Part shown: in pieces, positions 35,217-44,633 of the stretch
How the letters are laid out: each line of letters opens with the position of its first letter
Position numbering within the stretch: the stretch's first letter is position 1
Source of the DNA: an uncultured Thermoplasmata archaeon
GTDB taxonomy: Archaea > Thermoplasmatota > Thermoplasmata > UBA10834
DNA length: 64,000 nt
Direction of reading: 5' to 3'
Assembly (NCBI GenBank): GCA_963719945.1
Contig: CAVRDX010000003.1
Location: 64,001 to 128,000, forward strand
Notes under the pieces: model-generated
The model's input: the letters and a program-made list of their open reading frames with translations, nothing else
Databases searched by the model: none
Told to the model about the DNA's origin: nothing
Program-made: the position numbers and the translations under genes

Positions 35217-36145
35217 AGCAGATCCCGTTCTTCGTCATGCCCGGGATCGCACTCTCCCACCTGCGAGAGGAGCTCGAGATCGTCGAAGGTGAGCACCGGG
35301 CTAAACTGATGCTGTACCGATACGGTCAGAGGTGCGGTCGAGCATTGGTCCAGAGCTATGCCATGACTTGTTCAGGTTTGCTCGAGGTCAGGGCTGTGAT
35401 CGAGCCCATATGGATGGAAGCAGGTCTGAGCCGGATAAAGGTCGATTCCGCGGAGGAGTCCGACATGGTCGTGAGCCTCGAGGATTCGATAGAGGCGAAG
35501 GAGGGCAAGACATGCGAGTTCGCGAGAGGTTATCTGTCCGGCATCGTCTCCGAGCTGACCGGCAAACGGTTCGAGGTCGATGAGGTGGAATGCGCGAGCA
35601 CGGGATACATCGCATGTGTTCTCCAGGCCTACGAGGTCGTTGACAACCTCAAGCCTACCAAACAGGTCGAGGCGGAGACCGCGCGGAAGTACAATCTGGA
35701 ATCCGGCTATTCATATCTGATAAAGGAAGAGATACCTGACCAGGCGTTCGACATATTCGTCGACTCTGCAAAGCATGGCGTCCCGTGCCTTTGTGTCACG
35801 CGTGAATACCCTGAGAAGGTGAAGGAGCGGTGGGATCTGAAAGGTACCCCATTCCTTTGGTTGTCGATGGATCAGGAGAAGACATATTCCAGGGAGCCTT
35901 CGAACCTGGCTCTACTCTACTCTGACATGAAGACGTTCATCACGGAAAACAGCAACTGCGCGGTCCTCCTGTCCGGCATCGAATATCTGATCTCACAGAA
36001 CGGTTTCCAGAAGGTCCTGAAACTGCTGCAGCATCTGAACGACAAGATCGCAGTTTCAGATTCCACACTCTTCGTCCCGATAAGTCCGTTGACCGTTTCG
36101 GAACCGGAGTTGAAGATGCTCGAGAAAGAGATGAGGTCCTTCTAG
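35213..36145 (+). CDS. V4R domain fused to a DUF835 (degenerate KaiC-like) domain
   Basis: N-terminal CEFARGY...EVECASTGYIAC and C-terminal LCVTREYP, FLWLS, GIEYLISQNGF, LEKE; ATGA overlap with the GTPase gene. Confidence 0.85.
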   Translation: MKQIPFFVMPGIALSHLREELEIVEGEHRAKLMLYRYGQRCGRALVQSYAMTCSGLLEVRAVIEPIWMEAGLSRIKVDSAEESDMVVSLEDSIEAKEGKTCEFARGYLSGIVSELTGKRFEVDEVECASTGYIACVLQAYEVVDNLKPTKQVEAETARKYNLESGYSYLIKEEIPDQAFDIFVDSAKHGVPCLCVTREYPEKVKERWDLKGTPFLWLSMDQEKTYSREPSNLALLYSDMKTFITENSNCAVLLSGIEYLISQNGFQKVLKLLQHLNDKIAVSDSTLFVPISPLTVSEPELKMLEKEMRSF

Positions 36146-36178
36146 ATGATCATAGATCTTCCAGCGGTGGGATGAGTT

Positions 36179-36631
36179 TTGAGGTACGCAGTAATCGTCT
36201 GCCCAAAGTGCAACAAGGCAAAAGGAATCGACACGATCAAGAAGACGACTACATGCCCTTGTGGAAGGGAGATCGTATTCGCGCGGGCCAAATTCTATTT
36301 CGAGACAGACTCGCCTCTCGAATTGGCCGGTGCCGTCGCTGAGGCCAATGCGCAACTGGGGGATGGGAATGTCCCTAAGATCGCCAAGAAACCCAGGAAG
36401 AGGGATGCATATTCATCCATATCTGAAAGGGTGCGGTCCATTCGCGACCCAGTCGAACGAATGCGGGTCATCGCATCGGAGCTCACAGAAGCGAAGGGTG
36501 AGTTCTGTCTCGAGGATGTCAAGCGCGTCCTGACATTGACGGGCAAAGACGCTCCGGAGGACATCATCACAAAACTGCAGAAGCTGAACCTGATCTACGA
36601 GGTCTCGGAAGGCAGGTTCAGATCGGTCTGA
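36179..36631 (+). CDS. Zinc-ribbon plus winged-helix hypothetical protein (DUF1922-like)
   Basis: YAVIVCPKC...CPCG N-terminus and a wHTH-like C-terminus. Confidence 0.7.
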   Translation: MRYAVIVCPKCNKAKGIDTIKKTTTCPCGREIVFARAKFYFETDSPLELAGAVAEANAQLGDGNVPKIAKKPRKRDAYSSISERVRSIRDPVERMRVIASELTEAKGEFCLEDVKRVLTLTGKDAPEDIITKLQKLNLIYEVSEGRFRSV

Positions 36632-36634
36632 TGC

Positions 36635-37357
36635 TCACTTCTTTTTCTTGAGTCCTCTGATAGAGTCTTCGACGAGGTTGGGTAGCGACTCCCTGTATAT
36701 CTTCAGATATGCGTAAATCACTACAGCCGATGCTGCAGCCAGCCCTATCAGGTTCAACGGTGGCTCGACGATTTCGAACATGAAGAACGGTACCATCAAT
36801 AGGTTGTATCCGAGATGGATCAGAAGTGCCTCGATGAAGTATCCCTTCACCTCTCCCCTCGCGACTCCCACTCCTATCAGTGTGGTCGTGGCGCCGTGGA
36901 GCAGAACGAGCTGTAGGCCGAGGAGTGAGTACGCGATCATGTCTACAGCCTGTAGGTTCTCCACACTAACCGCGCTCGCGAATATCGTAGCGAACGTGAA
37001 AGTCGCAGATATCCCAAGCCCTAGGGATAGTCCGTAGAACGCGGTATCGATCTTCCGCTGGAACCGTGGGAAGTTCAGGATGATTACCTTGAAGAGTTCC
37101 TCCATGACTGCAAAGCCGACTATGAGTGCCAGTATGGTCTCGACAGAGGACATCATCTGGCCCCAAGATTCGAAGGCGAACATGATCATCCCCAGGACTA
37201 TCCCCAGGGCGAAGAATGCGAAGACCTTCCGGTCATCGAAGAACGGTTTCTCCACCTTCGGGAAAGTGTACTCATTGAGGGTGAAGAACATCAGGGTGAG
37301 CGCTGGTGCAAATCCCGCGATTGCACTGGCGACGGTTATCATGTCTACCATGGTCAT
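36635..37357 (-). CDS. PrsW-like intramembrane metalloprotease
   Basis: EELFK, H in LLHG, and HLGYN in a multi-TM protein. Confidence 0.75.
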   Translation of the reverse strand: MTMVDMITVASAIAGFAPALTLMFFTLNEYTFPKVEKPFFDDRKVFAFFALGIVLGMIMFAFESWGQMMSSVETILALIVGFAVMEELFKVIILNFPRFQRKIDTAFYGLSLGLGISATFTFATIFASAVSVENLQAVDMIAYSLLGLQLVLLHGATTTLIGVGVARGEVKGYFIEALLIHLGYNLLMVPFFMFEIVEPPLNLIGLAAASAVVIYAYLKIYRESLPNLVEDSIRGLKKKK

Positions 37358-37432
37358 CTTACTGTATTCCTAGGACGTTGATAACTTTATAGGGTGTAGC
37401 TATGGTGACGGGATGGTAGGGAGACCGATTTA

Positions 37433-37690
37433 ATGGCTAGATGTTCGCGATGCGGGAAGGATATCGGCCCAGCGTCTCAATGTCCGAGCTGTGGATATCC
37501 CCCGAGTCAGAGCGTGGTAGGCAAGAGCATCGACAAGGCGGCCGTCGTGGCTGGCGAGGTCATAGAGAAGGTTGTGAAGGAGGCAGAACCCGTATTCAAG
37601 AAGGCGATCGATCTCGGGACGAAAGGGGTCTCAATAGCGAAAAGCAAGACCCTCGAAGTCGCTAAGGATCTGAAAGAGATGGATCAGTGA
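37433..37690 (+). CDS. Small zinc-ribbon protein with an amphipathic helical tail
   Basis: CSRC...CPSC followed by K/E/V/A-rich helices; GGGAG RBS. Confidence 0.7.
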   Translation: MARCSRCGKDIGPASQCPSCGYPPSQSVVGKSIDKAAVVAGEVIEKVVKEAEPVFKKAIDLGTKGVSIAKSKTLEVAKDLKEMDQ

Positions 37691-37691
37691 T

Positions 37692-39623
37692 TCATCTCTT
37701 CCGTTTCTTCTTCTCAACCTTCTTGGCAGGCTGTTCCATGTTGCCCGCGAGTTTGTCGAAGTAGTGTGCTACGACGCAGCTGTCCGCACACTTTCCGCAT
37801 CTCGTGCATTTCTCAGAATCCACAAATATTCCGTTGTCGACCTTTATGGCGCCCTTGGGGCAAGCTCTCACACAGATGCCGCATGAAGTGCACAGGTTCG
37901 CCCTGAGCACGGCCCTCGCAAGCTTATCGAACAAGATCGAGGATTCCTTGGGGCTGTCGGCAACGGAGCTTATCTGGCCAGCGGCGAAGACCTTTCCTCT
38001 ACCCCGGTTGGTATCGACCATGGCGACACCGAAGTCCTCCATAGTCCGCACATCACCGATGGTCTTCAACACCTCAGCTACTTGCTCGAACCCACGGGAT
38101 TGAGGCGTATCCAATACGGCCTCGATCGAGTATCCTCCCGCTATGCATGGACTGACGCCTTTCACAAGCCTCAGCGAGAGAGTGTCCGCTCTCTTCATCT
38201 CGATCTTTATCCCCAACCTTTCGGCGAGCTCCCTCATCTTGGGCGGGAGTTCTTTCCATCTCCAGAAGCCATGTGCGACGAATTCTTTGGGTAGGTCGTG
38301 CTGGTCCGCCCAGGAATTCAGTCTCATCTCCCACACCTTCGCTAGATTCGGGCTGATCCTGGATATCTCCGCACACTCGCTCGCAAGCGCTGACGGACAC
38401 ATCCAACACCCGACTCTCTCGATGTCCTCGTCGTACAATGCATTATACTGGAGCTTCCTCCAGATTATGTATAGCCAGACATCGAGGCCTGTCCAATCCC
38501 TTATCGGGTTGACGATCACCTGTCCAGGCACGAACGGATTACCATCGACCAGCTCCAGTCTGGATCTCGCGAACGATTCCAGCTTCCTGTTTCCCTCGAC
38601 TGTGATGGTACCCTGCGGAAAATTCTCTTCGATGACTTGAGACACTGGAGCGAGCTTGCATACCTTGCAGCACCATCTGAAATCTTTCGCGGGTGGACCG
38701 AATGCATCGAAATGCTCGTCAAAAGCGTTCCCGGCAGATGCAGTTATCAATCTGAGTGATAGTGAATGCCTTATCTTCTCCACATATTCCCTGGTCTGTG
38801 GATGTTCGAGACCAGTGTCGATGTAGATGGTGGTGAAATCGTTAGTGATCGAACGGACCATGTCGAGAACGACCAGACTATCCTTTCCCCCACTGAAGGA
38901 AATGGTCAAGGGCAGGTTGTGTTTTGAAAGCACATCCTTGATTTCATGCTCTGCCTTGGCCTTCTTGGCCGAGAGATACTGTTCGTTAGCTCTGACGACT
39001 GCCTTCGTCCAAGCGCGCTTGCCTGATCGGAGCGGCCCGAATTTCGCAAAATCCCTGACGCGCACTCCCTTGGGGTTGATCTTGAGCTGGGACGCATTGA
39101 CCTTGGCTGTGCCGCATCCGATGAACTTGCCCATCTGGATCACGACCTCGTCGCCTTCTCGGATGCCGGGGTCGTAGCTCTCTATGTATTCCGGGGGCAG
39201 ATGCTTTCCCTTCATGTGCCCCTCCGCCTTGCTGAGCTTGATCAACTTCTTCGTGTTCCTGGCAGCGAGCATCCTGGCGCCATCGAGTCTGAGCGTGAGC
39301 GAATAATCCTTCTTCTCCAGGTCGTAGGCGAGCTTCGCGACCCTTCGCCCATCTATGATGACCTCGTCTGCCCTGTCCTCACCCGAGGTCTTGTTGAGTA
39401 TGACGACCTCGGGCACTATCTGCTGGACCCCGAACTGCCTGAGGAAGAGGTATCTCAACCTCCTCTTCGTCCCTTCGAGCGCGAGTCTGACCTCTCCTGG
39501 CGGGGCGAGGTCGACAAACTCACCATAGTCACCGCATTTCCCGCAGTATTTCCCTATCAGTGGAACATTGCACCTGTCGCACCAGAGTAGCGGGTGTTGG
39601 GAATCGCTATGGTATGGGCTCAC
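37692..39623 (-). CDS. PAPS-reductase-family protein with Zn-ribbon, PUA-like and 4Fe-4S domains
   Basis: SFSGGKDS PP-loop, RWCCKVCK, RVGCWMCP and two C-terminal CxxCxxCxxxC motifs. Confidence 0.88.
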   Translation of the reverse strand: MSPYHSDSQHPLLWCDRCNVPLIGKYCGKCGDYGEFVDLAPPGEVRLALEGTKRRLRYLFLRQFGVQQIVPEVVILNKTSGEDRADEVIIDGRRVAKLAYDLEKKDYSLTLRLDGARMLAARNTKKLIKLSKAEGHMKGKHLPPEYIESYDPGIREGDEVVIQMGKFIGCGTAKVNASQLKINPKGVRVRDFAKFGPLRSGKRAWTKAVVRANEQYLSAKKAKAEHEIKDVLSKHNLPLTISFSGGKDSLVVLDMVRSITNDFTTIYIDTGLEHPQTREYVEKIRHSLSLRLITASAGNAFDEHFDAFGPPAKDFRWCCKVCKLAPVSQVIEENFPQGTITVEGNRKLESFARSRLELVDGNPFVPGQVIVNPIRDWTGLDVWLYIIWRKLQYNALYDEDIERVGCWMCPSALASECAEISRISPNLAKVWEMRLNSWADQHDLPKEFVAHGFWRWKELPPKMRELAERLGIKIEMKRADTLSLRLVKGVSPCIAGGYSIEAVLDTPQSRGFEQVAEVLKTIGDVRTMEDFGVAMVDTNRGRGKVFAAGQISSVADSPKESSILFDKLARAVLRANLCTSCGICVRACPKGAIKVDNGIFVDSEKCTRCGKCADSCVVAHYFDKLAGNMEQPAKKVEKKKRKR

Positions 39624-39745
39624 GGGCCGTCCTAGACCTGATGCGGTAATTAAACTGTGCGGTCCATAGCCATCCAGGTCCGCCTAACCAATCATTTAGA
39701 GATTAGGCAATCTATAATTAGACGGTTCATCTCATTCCGTCTCCG

Positions 39746-40432
39746 ATGCGCAGGCGGCATGATGAGGCGTACACAATCGTCGAGCCAAACTACTCCTCAA
39801 GCTATACGATCGATCCCTACGGTGTGAGTTACATAGCTCCTCGCAGACCGTTCTTCAGCAAGACCGAATTGAAGAATATCGCACTTGCAGTCGGCGTCTT
39901 GATACTCGCACTCACCCTCGTTCTATGGAACAGGGACATTGTCTCACTACCATTCACCGTGACGTTAGCCATCATGGCAGTATTCCTTGGGTTCTTCTCC
40001 CATGAGATGGCTCATAAGGTTCTTGCACGAAGGTACGGGTGCTGGGCAGAGTTCAGGGCCGACATCCGCGGCCTCGGATTCGCGTTGCTCCTATCGTTTC
40101 TCGGATTTCTATTCGCGGCACCTGGTGCGGTATATATCATGGGTCGTGTCTCAAAGGAACAGAACGGCAAAATCAGTATAGTTGGCCCCGCCTCCAACCT
40201 GGTGATAGCACTAGCCTGCTTGCCCTTCTTGGATTTATGGGGCTTCGGCCTACCAGGAGTTGTTGCGAGCATCGCGTTCAGTCTATACTTCTTCAACACA
40301 TTCCTGGCGGTGTTTAACATGGTGCCCATCCCTCCATTGGATGGGTCGAAGATATGGATGTGGAATAAACCAATCTATATCGTCTGCATGACGGCCGCAG
40401 TCTTAATGTTCATCCTTGCATGGATTGCATGA
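39746..40432 (+). CDS. Site-2 protease (M50) family membrane metalloprotease
   Basis: HEMAH, GPASN and FNMVPIPPLDGSK motifs. Confidence 0.93.
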   Translation: MRRRHDEAYTIVEPNYSSSYTIDPYGVSYIAPRRPFFSKTELKNIALAVGVLILALTLVLWNRDIVSLPFTVTLAIMAVFLGFFSHEMAHKVLARRYGCWAEFRADIRGLGFALLLSFLGFLFAAPGAVYIMGRVSKEQNGKISIVGPASNLVIALACLPFLDLWGFGLPGVVASIAFSLYFFNTFLAVFNMVPIPPLDGSKIWMWNKPIYIVCMTAAVLMFILAWIA

Positions 40433-41872
40433 ACAGTCATTCGTCTCTTCCAGGAATGCAGGGTATCTGAGCTCGTAGATTATGCTGCCCTCCCAGTCGA
40501 AGATCTTGCCCGGGTTCATTATGTTCTTTGGATCGAGCGCATGTTTGATCGCTTTCATTGCGCCGAGGGAATCCGCCCGTTCCTTCTGCATGTAAGGCGC
40601 CTTCGTGATGGACACTCCATGCTCGCCGGTGACGGTCCCTCCCAGTTCCAGGACCTTGTCATAGATCATTCCTACAGCCTTCTCTCCGGCTCGCCAGCTC
40701 TCTTTGGAATAGGGCTCCACAAGCATCTTCGTGTGCAAGTTCCCGTCCGCAGAGTGACCATATGTTCCGACGACGACCCCATTCTCCGCAGCGATCTTCT
40801 GGAAAGCGACGACCGCTTCCGGTATTCTTGAGATTGGCACGGACATGTCGTCCGCAAGCGCTACCGAGACGAACTTCTCGCCGTATCTGCTGAGCGACGG
40901 CATTATCGCCTTGCGGGCCTGGGTCCACTCATCGATCTTCTTCTTGTCCCTGGATTTCTCCGTCGAGACCGCGCCCGTGCTCCTGCAGATCTCTTCGACC
41001 GTGATCATCTCTTCATCTACTGCGACGGGATGGCCGTCAACCTCTATCATGCATAGAGCTTCGCAATCAGGAAGTCCTATGTTCATGCACTTGTTGATTG
41101 CCTTGATGCACACGGAATCCATCAGCTCAATGGCCGATGGAAGTAGTGGCTTCGCGATTATGTTCGAGACGCATTGGCCTGCGTCCTTGAGTGATTTGAA
41201 TGCTGCGACGGTCATCCCCGAAGCCTTGGGCTTTACAGTGAACCTCATATTGATCTCCGTGATGATCCCCAGGGTCCCTTCGCTGCCGACCATGAGTCTG
41301 TCAAGCTGGTATCCCGAGGAGTTCTTCAGGGTTCTTGTGCCGGTATGAATTATCTCCCCCGTTGGAAGTACGACCTCCAATCCGAGCACATAGTCCCTGG
41401 TCGCCCCGTACTTGATCGCCCTCATACCAGAGGCGTTCGTGGCGACCATGCCACCTATCGTGCATGCTTCACCGCTACCAGGAGTCGCCGGGAACCAGAA
41501 ACCACGCTTGCCGAGTTCTGCGTTCAGTTTATCGTAAATGACTCCGGGCTCCACAACGCAATATAAGTCCTCGACCCTGAGTTCTTTGATCTTGTTCATC
41601 TGGGTCATGTCGACGATTATGCCGCCTTTGACCGGTACCGTATGTCCGCACATGGCAGTGCCAGCGCCTCTCGGCACTATCGGCGTCTCCGTCCTGTTCG
41701 CCAGCTTGACGATCTCCGATACCTGTTGAGCGTTCGCGGGTCTGACGACTGCATCGGGCGTGACATGGTGTATGGATGCGTCGAAGCCGTAGACGTAAAG
41801 GTCCGCGATCTCGGTTGACACGCGTTCCTTGCCTACTATCTTCTCTAGCTCTCCAACGACCTCGTGCTTCAT
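40403..41872 (-). CDS. FAD-linked oxidoreductase, GlcD/D-lactate dehydrogenase family
   Basis: PRGAGT, GSEGTLGIITE, GHSADGNLH, GEHG and DPKNIMNPGK motifs. Confidence 0.92.
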   Translation of the reverse strand: MKHEVVGELEKIVGKERVSTEIADLYVYGFDASIHHVTPDAVVRPANAQQVSEIVKLANRTETPIVPRGAGTAMCGHTVPVKGGIIVDMTQMNKIKELRVEDLYCVVEPGVIYDKLNAELGKRGFWFPATPGSGEACTIGGMVATNASGMRAIKYGATRDYVLGLEVVLPTGEIIHTGTRTLKNSSGYQLDRLMVGSEGTLGIITEINMRFTVKPKASGMTVAAFKSLKDAGQCVSNIIAKPLLPSAIELMDSVCIKAINKCMNIGLPDCEALCMIEVDGHPVAVDEEMITVEEICRSTGAVSTEKSRDKKKIDEWTQARKAIMPSLSRYGEKFVSVALADDMSVPISRIPEAVVAFQKIAAENGVVVGTYGHSADGNLHTKMLVEPYSKESWRAGEKAVGMIYDKVLELGGTVTGEHGVSITKAPYMQKERADSLGAMKAIKHALDPKNIMNPGKIFDWEGSIIYELRYPAFLEETNDCSCNPCKDEH

Positions 41873-42026
41873 GTGGACCGGACGGACAAGTGTCCAGGCT
41901 GGATAAAATTGTTTTCACAAACAATGGGTCTGTGCATTCGCGCAAGCATCAGCCGAAATCCAAGCGATTGCAGTCTTGCGACCATCAATCAATAAATACA
42001 GCATTCTCATTGTGTCGGCTGATACA

Positions 42027-42668
42027 ATGCTGAAGTTGATCATATTCGGCCCGCCAAGCGCAGGAAAGGGCACGCAGGCTCAGAGGCTTTCCAAGGAGTA
42101 CGGCATACCACAGGTCTCGACAGGAGATCTGTTGAGGGAGGCAGTCGCGAAACAGACGCCTCTCGGGATCAAGATCAAATCCTATCTTGACACGGGGAAG
42201 CTGGGTCCTGACGATCTGATAGTCCAACTCATCAAGAATCGAGTGTCCCAACCTGATGCAGCGAAAGGGTACCTTCTCGACGGGTTCCCGAGGACCATCG
42301 GACAGGCGACGGAACTGGACAAGATGACTGAGATCGATCTCGTTCTGAACATCGCAGTGGATCCCGAGATGCTGGTAGAGCGCGCAGTCGGCCGCAGGAT
42401 ATGCATGAAGTGCAACGCCGTCTACCATGTCAAGTTCAATCAGCCGAAGAAACAGGGTATATGCGACAAGTGCGGTGAGATGCTCATCCAGAGAGATGAT
42501 GACAAGGAGCAGACCGTCAGGAACAGACTCAAGGTCTACCAGGAACAGACCGCGCCCCTCATAGAGCACTTCAGAAAAAAGGGGAATATCGTCGACATCG
42601 ACGGCTCGAAGGGCATCGATGGCGTCTACTCTCAGATGACCCGCGCGGTCAAGGGACTGAAGAAGTGA
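42027..42668 (+). CDS. adk: Adenylate kinase (bacterial type, Zn-binding LID)
   Basis: GPPSAGKGTQ, STGDLLR, LDGFPRT and CxxC...CxxC LID. Confidence 0.95.
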   Translation: MLKLIIFGPPSAGKGTQAQRLSKEYGIPQVSTGDLLREAVAKQTPLGIKIKSYLDTGKLGPDDLIVQLIKNRVSQPDAAKGYLLDGFPRTIGQATELDKMTEIDLVLNIAVDPEMLVERAVGRRICMKCNAVYHVKFNQPKKQGICDKCGEMLIQRDDDKEQTVRNRLKVYQEQTAPLIEHFRKKGNIVDIDGSKGIDGVYSQMTRAVKGLKK

Positions 42669-42881
42669 CCACTGGGGTCTCTCTCAGACCCACGCCGACA
42701 CCAGTACTTTCCAGGTTCCAGAAGTCTCAATTGGCGCCTATGAGCATGCAGGTTCTGTCTTTGATTGCAGGATGGTCGATAACATGCACGCTTCGAGCGG
42801 GTGCCATGTCACGCCAGTGTTCTTAATATAGCACAATAGCGCTCCGATTCTCGTTCGAAAAAGAGAATCGGGGGAATCGAA

Positions 42882-44480
42882 TTGTTTGGATCTCGTAGTA
42901 CCATCGTGTGCACAGTGATGGCATTGGTGATATTGGTATCGAGCATCGCGTTCTCGTTCGACGTCTCGGGTGAAGGGGACACAGTCTCCGGGGCGGACCT
43001 GACGGTTTTCGACGTCATTTGGGTGGATATGTATGGGACGGCGGAATCGACAGGATCCACGCTGACATCTGGTCAGCCGTTCACCGTGCTCGCAACCATT
43101 GAGAACACAGGGACGAAGGATGCCATTGGTTTCTCCACGGACCTATACATCGATGGCACACTGCTCGGCAGAGTGGCGACCGTAGACTGTCTGGCGGCTC
43201 ACGAGACGATGAGCGTCGCCTGGACCGGGGTGATCATATCCGAGTGCCGGCAACACGAAGCTCTGATAATCGCAGATTCAGAGGACCAAGTCCAAGAGCT
43301 CAACCCGAAAGGCACTGCTGAGTCGAACAATAACATGGCTGAGGTGTTCGATATCGTCCAGGCGGAGTGGACATTTGCGTTGTACGCCGATGGCGACAAC
43401 AACCTCGAATACTACGCATACCTGGACTTCCTTGAGATGGCTCTCGTGGGAACTTCCTCCGAGGTCAATCTTGTGGCTCAGATCGATAGAATCCCTGGAT
43501 ACTCCAACGACTCGGGTGATTGGACGGATGCCAAGAGGTTCCTTGTGACCCAGGGGATGGAGCCCTTGGCAGAGAACGCGTACGAGGAGCTCGGAGAGGT
43601 CAACATGGGCGACGGGGCGGAGCTTGCTGACTTTGCGACCGACACATTCACCAGGTTCAGAGCCAAACACACGTGCCTGGTCCTATGGGACCACGGCAAC
43701 GGCTGGTACGGAGGATGCTGCAGAGACCAGACGTCATCCAACGACTCCCTCAAGACCTATGAGATGAGGTTGGCTGTGTCCGAAGCCGTGAGCAACATCG
43801 GAGCCAAGATTGACATCATCGCTTTCGATGCGTGCGTCATGAGCTCCATCGAGGTCTGCTACGCCTTCGAGGACCTGTGCGAGGTTTTCGTCGCTTCAGA
43901 AGGTCTCCTCGCAGGGACGGGCTGGCCATACGACGCCATACTCCAGAGACTGGTCGAATCGCCGCTGACTAGCGCGGACGAGTTATCCGAGATCATCACC
44001 ATTGAGCACGTAGCGGAATACCCCTCCTCATCCATAGCGACAATGTCCGCCTTCCGGGTGGATGCGGTATGCACCGAGGTGAGGGAGGCTCTATCGGAGT
44101 TCGCGGAGAGTCTCATCGCGGGACTTGACAGATACGAGAATCAGATCAAGGCGGCCAGGAACGCGGTCTTCGGCTTCGACATCATCATGATCTCGCCGTA
44201 CATGGATTCATACAGCGCGGACATCTACTCCTTCGCGGAGGAAGTTGCCTCGCGCGTTTCGGATGATACGATCAAGACTGCTGCTGCGAACCTGATGAGT
44301 GCGCTCGAGGACTCGCGGATCGCCTTCGGGCTGCACGTGACCTACCAGCCATATGGTTCCGTCTTCGGAATCATGGTCTTCTGGCCCGATGTGAACGCCT
44401 ATCTCGAAGAGTATCAGTTCGAGCGTCTCTCAATCGACACCACTTGGGACGAGTTCCTACAATCATACTACATAGGATGA
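42882..44480 (+). CDS. Secreted clostripain-family (C11) cysteine peptidase with an N-terminal CARDB-like domain
   Basis: Signal peptide, ESNN CARDB end, YADGDNNLE, catalytic WDHGNG and FDAC. Confidence 0.9.
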   Translation: MFGSRSTIVCTVMALVILVSSIAFSFDVSGEGDTVSGADLTVFDVIWVDMYGTAESTGSTLTSGQPFTVLATIENTGTKDAIGFSTDLYIDGTLLGRVATVDCLAAHETMSVAWTGVIISECRQHEALIIADSEDQVQELNPKGTAESNNNMAEVFDIVQAEWTFALYADGDNNLEYYAYLDFLEMALVGTSSEVNLVAQIDRIPGYSNDSGDWTDAKRFLVTQGMEPLAENAYEELGEVNMGDGAELADFATDTFTRFRAKHTCLVLWDHGNGWYGGCCRDQTSSNDSLKTYEMRLAVSEAVSNIGAKIDIIAFDACVMSSIEVCYAFEDLCEVFVASEGLLAGTGWPYDAILQRLVESPLTSADELSEIITIEHVAEYPSSSIATMSAFRVDAVCTEVREALSEFAESLIAGLDRYENQIKAARNAVFGFDIIMISPYMDSYSADIYSFAEEVASRVSDDTIKTAAANLMSALEDSRIAFGLHVTYQPYGSVFGIMVFWPDVNAYLEEYQFERLSIDTTWDEFLQSYYIG

Positions 44481-44633
44481 TGGACTCCCGGTGGTTCCCA
44501 GACACGCGTTTCGGAAGTGTCGAACAACGGAGGTTGGTGCCGTCCTAGGTCCCGCGATATCTCTATATAGATACGTCTCGCTTCTTTGAGGTAGTATCAT
44601 CGGTCGATACCTACAGGATCTATCCGTTGTAGG

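Noticed and set aside
42695-42703. CCGACACCA matching the tRNA-Met 3' end as a possible att site
   Set aside because: Only 9 nt, on the opposite strand to the tRNA, with no integrase, and the intervening genes are housekeeping.
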